Origin: Eledone cirrhosa
Taxonomy: Eukaryota
Direction of reading: 5' to 3'
NCBI GenBank assembly: GCA_964016885.1
Contig: OZ024759.1
Location: 31,062,001 to 31,126,000, forward strand
DNA length: 64,000 nucleotides
Shown in pieces: positions 43,281 to 55,499 of the stretch. A model generated the notes under the pieces. That model searched no databases and was not told the origin of the DNA. It was given only the letters and a program-made list of their open reading frames with translations. Position 1 is the first letter of the stretch. Every line of letters begins with the position of its first letter. The translations under genes were made by a program, and so were the position numbers.

Positions 43281-43287
<7 letters not shown>
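42988..43287. mobile_element. 300-bp near-perfect palindrome of a PLE pLTR with one HHR on each strand
   Basis: Apex CTCACA-TC-TGTGAG at ~43131-43144. HHRs at 43064-43101 (-) and 43174-43211 (+). Confidence 0.8.
43174..43211 (+). ncRNA. Minimal hammerhead ribozyme, U3-A8 variant
   Basis: CCTT-TTGAAAA-GCAG-AAGAA-CTGC-GAAA-CCGG-TA-AAGG. Confidence 0.72.
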
Positions 43288-43318
<31 letters not shown>

Positions 43319-43480
43319 GCACACACACACACATATATATATATATTGAGTGAGTGTGAAAGACCAAAGTCATCATAACAGTCGACCTGAAGTTGGAGCA
43401 TGAACGACATGAACGACACCTCAACACTTTGTTTTAAAAGTAGGCTTATAAGTAGCAATTTTCATAAGATTTTCGTAATT

Positions 43481-43694
43481 GTCACTGTGGCCGAGAGGTG
43501 GTGACTAGAGACGGTGAGATCCTGGCGGTGGGTTCAATCCTGTTCAAGAGGAACATGTAGCATTTTCACTTTTTATTTTACAACCAATAAAAAAAAAACT
43601 GAAGAAGTTTACCGGCAACCCAACTCCCGACCAGAATCGAACTTTCGACTATGATCGCTATTGTCTAGGATCCTTCCAACTAGGCCACCGAGGA
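43481..43694. other. Two convergent tRNA-like (Pol III A/B box) relics
   Basis: Plus strand: TGGCCGAGAGG...GGTTCAATCC (43488-43540), followed by T runs. Minus strand: TGGCCTAGTTGG...GTTCGATTC (~43688-43634). No complete cloverleaf. Confidence 0.35.
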
Positions 43695-44021
43695 AGATAC
43701 AAAAGTATAATGAAAATTAATAATTATAAACCCGCTTTAAAAATCAAAGTTAAGAAGCTGTGGTGTGGTTCATGGCTTTCCTAGAGCTATTAGTAATATT
43801 TAGGGTCGACTTCTGGTCATTATTGAAAGTCTCTGGATTTCACAAAATACATAATATTTTTTATTGCACTGTTTTGTTTCCACTTATGTATTTTTCGAAA
43901 ATATTATTTATTCCTTATCAAAATTATACGATAGCCTTCTATATGTAGGTGGGCCCCCTTCATCTCCTGGCAACAAATATTTTTAGATCCAGTCCGCCAC
44001 AGAGATAGAAGAGATAATATG

Positions 44022-44137
<116 letters not shown>

Positions 44138-44479
44138 TGTTTATATATATATGTATATATATTTATGTATATATATATATATGTATATATATATATGTAT
44201 GTATATGTATTCAAACATGTGTGTGTATATGTATTTATACATATGTGTGTGTATATATATGTAAATATATATATATATATAATTGTTTCATTATAAGTTT
44301 TCTACAAGTTGGGAGAATGTTTCCAGTTTATGTAGAAGCCTAATATATATTCATGTAAGAATATATTTAGGTGGGCACTTATAAATCATCAGTGGAAGCC
44401 CGTTAAACATCGATATAAGAAAACAATTTCTTACCGCTGTTAAAAATCGTGTCCGTAAAGTTGCTATATATATATATAC

Positions 44480-44561
<82 letters not shown>

Positions 44562-44696
44562 GTATATATATTTGTATATATACATATATTTATATACATA
44601 TATATATATACATATATATATGTATAAATACATATATGTATATATATTTGTATATATACATATATTTATATACATATATATATATGTACATATACA

Positions 44697-44793
44697 AAGA
44701 AAGTGTGGTAAGGGACCAGGTGGACCATAACGCACCAGAGTACTCAATACTTAGGGTAGTAGAGTGAGTAATAGGAAAAGAGTCAGGACCCCG

Positions 44794-44796
<3 letters not shown>
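44697..44796 (-). mobile_element. PLE pLTR family 'GTCGGGGTCC', solo 3' piece
   Basis: Matches the reverse complement of 23200-23300. Confidence 0.72.
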
Positions 44797-44866
<70 letters not shown>

Positions 44867-45534
44867 CGTGTGTATATATATATATGTATATATATGCATG
44901 TATATGTATTTAAACATATGTGTGTCTATATATTTATACATATGTATATGTATATATGTATTTATACGTGTAGGCATATTTTTAAATAGGAAAGGCTGCT
45001 TGCAAAAACCTAAACATAAAATGTGATTAGTGTGAGAAACGAAGAGACAGAGATAGAAGAGATAATAGCTGATTAGAGACACACAATTCTGTACTCCCCA
45101 CAGCCAGCTTCTAGCATAAGCCAGTATAATACATCATGTTTGCAAGCATATTCAACAACAAAATAAAACATAATAAACGTACATTCTGTTTCTTCAATCC
45201 TTCCTAATTACTAATGAAAAGATTAATGCTAACAGTTGATTTGTATCTGTCAAAGTCTATGAAAACAGACATTTCAATAATAGCATAGCTAATCAAAACG
45301 AGAGACTATCTGAAATCGTTGAGAATTTTGGCGACTTTTCCATTTCTATATCATTTGTAAATTTACATTGAAATGGCAGCCGAGAATGTCCAACATTTAT
45401 TTCAAATGAATTTTGCTATTTGTTACGGTGAGTTGTCTTCATATCAAAGGCATGGTTACTCGCCATCACCTCCGAAATGTGTGGTTAATTAGTAATTGTG
45501 ATAGAGTGTGTGTAGTTTATTACCCCCGATTCCA

Positions 45535-45655
45535 TGCTTTACAGCATAGAGTTACGGCTCTTTATGATCTGAGTTCAAATCCGGTCGAGATTAACTTTCC
45601 CTTTCATCGTTACGGGGTCCTTAAAATAAAGTACGAGTAATACACTGGGGTAATT
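45535..45655 (+). mobile_element. Deu/Nin SINE fragment
   Basis: GATCTGAGTTCAAATCC..TTTCATCGTTACGGGGTCC..AAAGTACGAG. Confidence 0.65.
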
Positions 45656-45750
45656 AGGGTATACATATATATTTTCTCTATCTATATATATATATACATA
45701 TATATTTTTCTCCCTATATATTTTTTTCCTATATATATATATACATATAT

Positions 45751-45789
<39 letters not shown>

Positions 45790-46180
45790 TCTTTTTCTGT
45801 CACTCTCTCTATATATATACATATATCTTTTTCGTTTGATTTATATATATATACGTTTGTGTGTGTGTATGTATATATCATGCACATACATACATATATA
45901 AATACCTGTATAATTCTAGATAGCAAGATAGATTATATGCAATGAAAATGTTTATAAAGGCTTTTAGTTCTAAATATAAATAAACTATGAAACTGAAACA
46001 GCAACGATAACGGATATTAAGTTAGAAATAATACATTTTTTAAAACGAGTTGCAGTTATTGCATATAAAAATGCTTCATGCAATTTATGACTTTATTTCA
46101 TTAGATGGTAATAAAGATTTTGAACTAGCTGGCTTCTACAATTAAGTACATTCCATAAATTTATACCCGTTCGCTAGATT

Positions 46181-46217
<37 letters not shown>

Positions 46218-46224
46218 CTATCTA

Positions 46225-46283
<59 letters not shown>

Positions 46284-46404
46284 AGATCAAAAGATGGTTA
46301 AAGGAGTTCCATGTATTTTATTATGCGCATTTCTTATCCGATATCTGCATTGCTTTATTGTACTACAATAAACCTCACCTCCTACATATATATATATATA
46401 TATA

Positions 46405-46521
46405 TCGTTTCTGAATTTGTTTAGCAAGATTTTTATCTCTGAAATCGTGTGTTGAAACCGATATTGTTATACTTTGGGAGGGTCTTATTGGCAACATGAC
46501 CCTCCCAAAGTATAACAATAT
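46405..46521 (-). mobile_element. PLE pLTR end (family of 1872) with a fold-back at 46461-46521, between (TA)n tracts
   Basis: Matches 1872-1960. Arms ATATTGTTATACTTTGGGAGGGTC / GACCCTCCCAAAGTATAACAATAT. Confidence 0.75.
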
Positions 46522-46532
46522 ATATATATATG

Positions 46533-46625
<93 letters not shown>

Positions 46626-46645
46626 ATATATATGTATATATATAT

Positions 46646-47254
46646 TGTGTCAGGTCACCAGTTGGTGCTACTGGTAACATGTATCCCAGTCCAACCTGTC
46701 TCATGGTCGGGTCGTTGGCGACTAAACTGGCAACCCCACCAAGGTTTCTTGGTGAGGAGGGTGACTTTGGACATCCTGCAGGACTAAAAACAAAACCTGT
46801 CAAAGGGCAAAGGAGTTCTTAAGAGTCAATGGCCATCCAAAATCACCGGGAGAGATGACTCCTTAGCTTTTGTCAAGGCAGAATTCTAGGAGAAGGAAAA
46901 CTCTGATATAACACCTGCAACCCTGATGGTATCCAATGATGTTGACTTGTTCTTCTTTTTGGTAAATATCATCTTGGTTAAGAGAGTGGGACTGGCTTTG
47001 TGCAGTGCCTTTGCTCACTATAAAAGCTTCACGGCACAGGCATTGCTTTATATCTGGAGATCTCTCTGCACTTGTCGTTACATGGTTCCATGGGCCCAGT
47101 ACTGTGTCAATAATTGTCACAAGTGTAGTGTTTGTACCAGAGTTTTCAAGTCGCTGGCTGGACTAAAAAGTCACACTTGTTTAGCGCATCGGTAGGGGTT
47201 CTCCTACATGGATATAAAGTAGTGGCCGTACTCGAAAACGAGTTGACAGCCACC
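46646..47254 (+). mobile_element. Non-autonomous RTE-derived ~610-bp element, copy 2
   Basis: A 5'-UTR-like head is joined to an ORF tail CHKCSVCTRVFKSLAGLKSHTCLAHR*, a terminal zinc finger typical of some RTE ORFs. Flanked by (TA)n-rich DNA. Confidence 0.6.
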
Positions 47255-47342
47255 ATATGTATATATATGTATATATATATATGTATACATATGTATATAT
47301 ATATTTATATTTATACATATGTATATGCATATATATGTATAT

Positions 47343-47590
47343 AGTGGACAGAGACTCAGATTTGCTGGCCACTGTTGGCGCAGCAAGGAAGAAATAGCAG
47401 GGGATGTGTTGTTATGGAGTCCATCTCATGGAGCAAGAAACGCTGGTCGTCCCAAGAAGACATACGTCAAGCAAATTGAGGACGCTACTGGATGCACTGC
47501 GGAAGAACTGGCAAACGCTATGAGAGACAGAGATGGATGGAGGAAACGTGTCGTAGAAAGCCGAGCAAGCTCGATCTGATGATGATGATG
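47343..47590 (+). mobile_element. RTE-clade LINE 3' end with a (TGA)n tail
   Basis: QRLRFAGHCWRSKEEIAGDVLLWSP..GRPKKTY..MRDRDGWRKRV, then TGATGATGATG. Confidence 0.85.
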
Positions 47591-48086
47591 ATATATATAT
47601 GTGTGTGTGTGTGTGTGTGGAATATTACTGCAATAAATTAACAGAGCAAATAACCTGATTGCTTTATAGTATTCAGCGTCTTTTGTTGCTGGTCAAATAT
47701 TTCTCATTCACAGTTGAATTTTCGAAATTCATCGAAATTCATCGATTAAGAACATTCATAACTTCTGAATATCAATTAAAATTATTCATCTCAATTAGCA
47801 TCTTCTGATTGCCAACCAAAGAAATTAAAATTAAAAATGGCCGTCTATTTACCTTAGTGTCTGAAAATCTAATTCTATAGATAATTAGAATGACAACTAG
47901 TCGTAGGTGGTTTGTTCTGATACTCTACAGTAAATTGTTGACTATGAAAGTCATTTTACTACTAATGGCGAATAAATCATATATATATATATACAATAAA
48001 TGTTATATACATATCTATATCCTGATTGGTGATGTTGGTACTGTTGATTATGAAAGTCATTTTACTAGTAATGGCATCCATATATA

Positions 48087-48675
<589 letters not shown>

Positions 48676-48849
48676 ATATATAAATATATATATGATATAT
48701 ATGCCATTACTAGTAAGATGACTTTCATAATCAACATTTACAGCTGACGATGGGAACTCCTTTCTTCTTTTCTCCTCCTGTTCCGTCCTAACCACCATCC
48801 TAAATCTTGTTTTTAGTAACCACACAGCTCCTTTCGTTTCATAACATTT

Positions 48850-48892
<43 letters not shown>

Positions 48893-49097
48893 GTGTGTGT
48901 GTATGTATATATATACAATAAACGTTATATGCATATCCTGATAGTCTACTGTGAATTGGTGATGTTCATTTTGTTGACTATGAAGGTCATTTTAATAATT
49001 ATGGCATATATACCATATATATCTATATATATATTTACAATAAATGTTATATGAATATATATGTAATATAATTCGGTTTATGTATTAGCTCATATTA

Positions 49098-52000
49098 TTA
49101 GTCATTTATGATGCCGTTTTAGCTATTTTGGTGTCGTTTGAGTCATTTATGATCACGTTTTAGTCATTTATGATGCTGTTTTAGCCATTTTAGTAATTTA
49201 TGATGAGGTTTAGGCCAATTTAGTCATTCATGATGAAGTTTTAGTCTTTTATGATGACGTGTTTGTCATTTATGATGCCGTTTTAGCCATTTTAGAGTGA
49301 TTTTAGTCATTTATGATTACATTTTAGCCGCTTTAGCCATTTGAGATGACGTTTTAGCCATTTTAGTGTCATTTTAGTCATTTTTGATGCCGGGTTAGTC
49401 ATTTTAGTGTCATTTTAGTTAATTATGTTGCGGTTTTAGCCAATTTCGTCGTTTAAGATGACGTTATAGTCATTTATGATGAGGTTTTAGTCATTTATGA
49501 TGTCGTTTTAGCCATTTTAGAGACAATTTAGTCGTTTATGAGGACGTTGTAGCCATTTTATGTCATTTTAATCATTTATGATGACGTTTTAGCCATTTTA
49601 GTCATTTATGATGAGGTTTTAGCCATTTTAGTCATTTATGATGCCGTTTAAAGCCATTTTAGTCATTCATGATGTCGTTTTAGCCATTTTAGTCATTTAT
49701 GATGACGTTTTAGTAATTTATGATGACGTTTTAGCTATTTTAGTGATTTATGATGACGTTTTAGTCATTTTAGAGTCAATTTAGCCAGTTATGGTCCCGT
49801 TTAACCATTTTATTGTCATTTTAGTCATTAATAATGCCGTTTTAGCCATATTATTTGAATTTCAGTCATTTATGATGCCGTTTTAGCTATTTTAGTGTCA
49901 TCTTGGTCATTTATGATGCCGTTTTAGCCATTTTACTCATTTATGATGCCGTTTTAGCCATTTTAGTCATTTATGGTGACGTTTTAGGCATTTATGTTGA
50001 CGTTTTAACCATTTTAGTGTTTTTAGTCATTTATGATGCCGTTTTAGTCCTTTTAGTGTCATTTTAGTCATTTATGATGCCATTTTAGTCAATTTAGTCA
50101 TTTATGATGAAGTTTAAACCATTTCAGTCATTTACGATGCCGGTTTATCTATTTTAGAGTCATTTTAGTCATTTATGATGACGGTTTAACCATTTTAGAG
50201 TCATTTTCGTCATTTATGATGCCGTTCATGCTAATTTAGTGTCATTTTAGTCATTTTGGTGTCATTTTTGTTATTTACGATGCTGTTTTAGCCATTTTAG
50301 TGTCATTTTAGTCATTTATGATGCCGTTTTAGCCATTTTAGTGTCATCTTAGTCATTTATGATGCCGTCTTAGCCATTTTACTCATTTATGATGCCGTTT
50401 TAACCATTTTAGTCATTGATGGTGACGTTTTAGGCATTTATGTTGATGTTTTAGCCATTTTAGTGTGTTTAGTCATTTATGATGCCGTTTTAGTCATTTT
50501 AGTGTCATTTTAGTGTCATTTTAGTGTCATCTTAGTATTTATGATGCCGTTTTAGCCATTTTACTCATTTGTGATGCCGTTTTAGCCATTTTAGTCATTT
50601 ATGGTGACGTTTTAGGCATTTATGTTGATGTTTTAGCCATTTTAGTGTTTTAGTCATTTATGATGCCGTTTTAGTAATTTTAGTGTCATGTTAGTCATTT
50701 ATGATGCCATTTTAGCTAATTTAGTCATTTATGATGACGTTTAAACCATTTTAGTCATTTACAATGCCGTTTTAGCTATTTTAGATTCATTTTAGTCATT
50801 TATGATGACGTTTTAGCGATTTTAGTCATTTATGTTGTCGCTTTAGCCATTTTAGAGTCATTTTCGTCATTTATGATGCCGTTTCCGCTATTTTACTCAT
50901 TTATGATGCCGTCTTCGCCATATTAGTCATTTATGATGAAATTTTAGGCATTTATGTTGATGTTTAAACCATTTTAGTCATTTACGATGCCGTTTTAGCC
51001 ATTTTAGTGTCATTTTAGTAATTATGATGACGTTTTAGCCAATTTAGTTATTTATGATGACGTTTGACCATTTTAGAGTCATTTTCGTCATTTATGATGC
51101 CGTTCAAGCCAATTAGTGTCATTTTAGTCATTTATGACGCAGTTTTAGCCATTTTAGTGTCATTTTAGTCATTTGTTATACCGTTTTAGCCATTTTAGTC
51201 GTTAATGACGACGTTTTAGTCAATTTAGCCATTTATGATAACGTTTTAGCAATTTTAGTGTCATTTTAGTCATTTATGATACCATTTTAGCCATTTTGGT
51301 GTTATTTTAGTTATTTATGATGACGTTTTAGTAATTTTAGAGACAATTTAGCCATTTTGGATGTCGTTTTAGCCATTTGATTGTCATTCTAGTCATTTAT
51401 GATGCCGTTTTAGCCAATTTAGTGTTATATTAGTCCTTTATGATGCCGTTCTAGCCATTTTACTGATGACGTTTAAGTAAATTATGATGACGTTTAAGTA
51501 AATTATGGTGACATTTGTTTATTTATGATGACGTTTTAGCCATTTCAGTCATTTATAATGACGTTTTAGCCATTTTAGTCGTTTATGATGACGTTTAGCC
51601 AATTTAGTCATTTATGATGACGTTTTAGTCATTTATAATGCCGTTTTAGCAATTTTAGTCATTTATGATGAGGTTTTATCCATTTTAGTCATTTATGATG
51701 CCGTTTTAGTAATTTTAGAGTCAATTGAGCCATTTATGGTGCCGTTTTAGTCATTTTATTGCCATCTTAAGTCACTTATGATGACGTTTTAGCTAATTTA
51801 GTGTCATTTTAGTCATTTATGATGCAGTTTTAGCCATTCTAGTAATTTATGATGAAGTTTTAGCTATTTTAATCATTGATGATGACGTTTTAGTCATTTT
51901 AGAGACAATTTGGCCATTTTGGATGTCGTTTTAGCCATTTTATTGTCATTCTAGTCATTTATGATGCTGTTTTAGAAATTTTAGTGTTATTTTAGTCATT

Positions 52001-55000
52001 TATGATGACGTTTTAGCCAATATAGTCCTTTATGATGACGTTTAAGTAAATTATGATGACGTTTGTTTATTTATGATGACGTTTTAGCTATTTCAGTCAT
52101 TTATAATGCCGTTTTAGCCATTTTAGTCGTTAATAATGCCGTTTTTGCCATTTTAGTCATTTATGATGAGGTTTTATCCATTTTAGTCATTTATGATGCC
52201 GTTTTAGTCATTTTAGAGTCAATTTAGCCATTTATGGTGCCGTTTTAGCCATTTTATTGCCATCTTAAGTCACTTATGATGCCGTTTTAGCTTATTTAGT
52301 GTCATTTTAGTCATTTATGATAACGTTTTAGCTATTTTAATCATTGATGATGACGTTTTAGCCATTTTAGAGTCATTTAAGTCATTTATGATGCCGTATT
52401 AGCACTTTTATAGTCAATTTAGCCATTTATGATGCCGTTTTTACCATTTTATTGTCATTTTAGTCATTTATGATGCTGATTTAGCTAATTTAGTGTCATT
52501 TTAGTCATTTATGATGACGTTTTAGTCATTTATGATAACGTTTTAGCTATTTTAATCATTGATGATGACGTTTTAGCCAATTTAGAGTCATTGAAGTCAT
52601 TTATGATGCAGTTTTAGCCCTTTTAGAGTCAACTTTTCATTTATGATGCCGGTTTTAGCCATGTTAGTGTCATTTTAGTTATTTATGATGCCGTTCTAAC
52701 CATTTTACTGTCATTTTAGTCATTTATGATGCTGTTTTAGCAATGTTAGTGTTATTTTAGTCATTTATGATGCAGTTTTAGCCATTCTAGTAATTTATGA
52801 TGAAGTTTTAGCTATTTTAATCATTGATGATGACGTTTTAGCCATTTTAGAGTCATTTAAGTCATTTCTGATGCCGTTTGAGCCCTTTTAGAGTCAATTT
52901 AGCCATTTATGATGCCGTTTTAACCATTTTATTGTCATTTTAGTCATTTATGATGCCGTTTTAGCTAATTTAGTGTCATTTTAGTCATTTATGATGACGT
53001 TTTATTGATTTATGATAACGTTTTAGCTATTTTAATCAATGCTGATGACGTTTTAGCCAATTTAGAGTCATTGAAGTCATTTATGGTGCCGTTTTAGGCC
53101 TTTTAGAGTCATTTTAGTCATTTATGATGCCGTTTTAGCCATTTTAGTCGTTTATGATGACGTTTTAGACAATTTAGTCCTTTATGATGACCTTTTAGCC
53201 ATTTTAGTTATTTATGATGACTTTTCAGCCATGTTAGTCATTTATGATGACGTTTTAGTCATTTTAGAGACAATTTGGCCATTTTGGATGTCGTTTTAGC
53301 CATTTTATTGTCATTCTAGTCATTTATGATGCTGTTTTAGCAATTTTAGTCATTTATGATGACGTTTTAGCCAATATAGTCCTTTATGATGACGTTTAAG
53401 TAAATTATGATGACGTTTGTTTATTTATGATGACGTTTTAGCTATTTCAGTCATTTATAATGCCGTTTTAGCCATTTTAGTCGTTAATAATGTCGTTTTC
53501 GCCATTTTAGTCATTTATGATGAGGTTTTATCCATTTTAGTCATTTATGATGCCGTTTTAGTCATTTTAGAGTCAATTTAGCCATTTATGGTGCCGTTTT
53601 AGCCATTTTATTGCCATCTTAAGTCACTTATGATGCCATTTTAGCTTATTTAGTGTCATTTTAGTCATTTATGATGCCGTTTTAGCCATTCTAGTCATTT
53701 ATGATGACGTTTTAGTCATTTATGATAACGTCTTAGCTATTTTAATCAATGATGATGACGTTTTAGCCATTTTAGAGTCATTTAAGTCATTTATGATGCC
53801 GTATTAGCCCTTTTAGAGTCAATTTAGCCATTTATGATGCCGTTTTAACCATTTTATTGTCATTTTAGTCATTTATGATGCCGTTTTAGCTAATTTAGTG
53901 TCATTTTAGTCATTTATGATGACGTTTTATTCATTTATGATAACGTTTTAGCTATTTTAATCATTGAAGATGACGTTTTAGCCAATTTAGAGTCATTGAA
54001 GTCATTTATGATGCCGTTTTAGCCCTTTTAGAGTCAATTTAGCCATTTATGGTGCAGTTTTAGCCATGTTATTGCCATCTTAAGTCACTTATGATGCCCT
54101 TTTAGCTAATTTAGCGTCATTTTAGTCATATATGATGACATTTTGGTCATTTATCATGCCGTTTTAGCCATTCTAGTCATTTATGATGACGTTTTAGTTA
54201 TTTATGATAACGTTTTAGCTATTTTAATCATTGATAATGACGTTTTAGCCATTTCAGAGTCATTTTAGTCATTTACGATGCCGTTTTAGCCAATTTAGTG
54301 TTATATTAGTCCTTTATGATGCCGTTCTAGCCATTTTACTGTCATTTTAGTCACTTATGATGCTGTTTTAGCAATTTTAGTGTTATTTTAGTCATTTATG
54401 ATGTAATTTTAGTCATTTATGATGAGGTTTTAGCCAATGTAGTCCTTTATGATGACGTTTAAGTAAATTATGATGACGTTTAATTAAATTATGATGACGT
54501 TTGTTTATTTATGATGACGTTTTAGCCATTTCAGTCATTTATAATGCCGTTTTAGTCATTTTAGTCGTTTATGATGACGTTTTAGCCAGTTTAGTCTTTT
54601 ATGATGACGTTTTAGTCATTTATAATGCCGTTTTAGCCATTTTAGTCATTTATGATGAGGTTTTATCCATTTTAGTCATTTATGATGCCGTGTTAGTCAT
54701 TTTAGAGCCAATTTAGCCATTTATGGTGCCGTTTTAGCCATTTTATTGCCATCTTAAGTCACTTATGATGCCGTTTTAGCCATTTTATTGCCATCTTAAG
54801 TCACTTATGATGCCGTTTTAGCTAATTTAGTGTCATTTTAGTCATTTCTGATGCCGTTTTAGACATTCTAGTAATTTATGATGACGTTTTAGTCATTTAT
54901 GATAACGTTTTAGCTATTTTAATCATTGATGATGACGTTTTAGCCATTTTAGAGTCATTTAAGTCATTTATGATGCCGTATTAGCACTTTTATAGTCAAT

Positions 55001-55499
55001 TTAGCCATTTATGATGCCGTTTTTACCATTTTATTGTCATTTTAGTCATTTATGATGCTGATTTAGCTAATTTAGTGTCATTTTAGTCATTTATGATGAC
55101 GTTTTAGTCATTTATGATAACGTTTTAGCTATTTTAATCATTGATGATGACGTTTTAGCCAATTTAGAGTCATTGAAGTCATTTATGATGCAGTTTTAGC
55201 CCTTTTAGAGTCAACTTTTCATTTATGATGCCGGTTTTAGCCATTTTAGTCATTTATGATGTCGTTTTAGCCAATTTAGTGTTATATTAGTCCTTTATGA
55301 TGCCGTTCTAGCCATTTTACTGTCATTTTAGTCATTTATGATGCTGTTTTAGCAATTTTAGGGATATTTTAGTCATTTGTGATGCAATTATAGTCATTTA
55401 TGATGACGTTTTAGCCAATGTAGTCCTTTATCATGACGTTTAAGTAAATTCTGATGACGTTTAAGTAAATTATGATGACGTTTGTTTATTTATGATGAC
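49098..55499 (+). repeat. Satellite array, left arm (TTTTAGCCA / TTTTAGTGTCA / TTTTAGTCA / TTTATGATGMCG modules forming 21-, 30- and 41-bp units)
   Basis: A continuous 6.4-kb degenerate tandem array with higher-order blocks. Confidence 0.97.
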
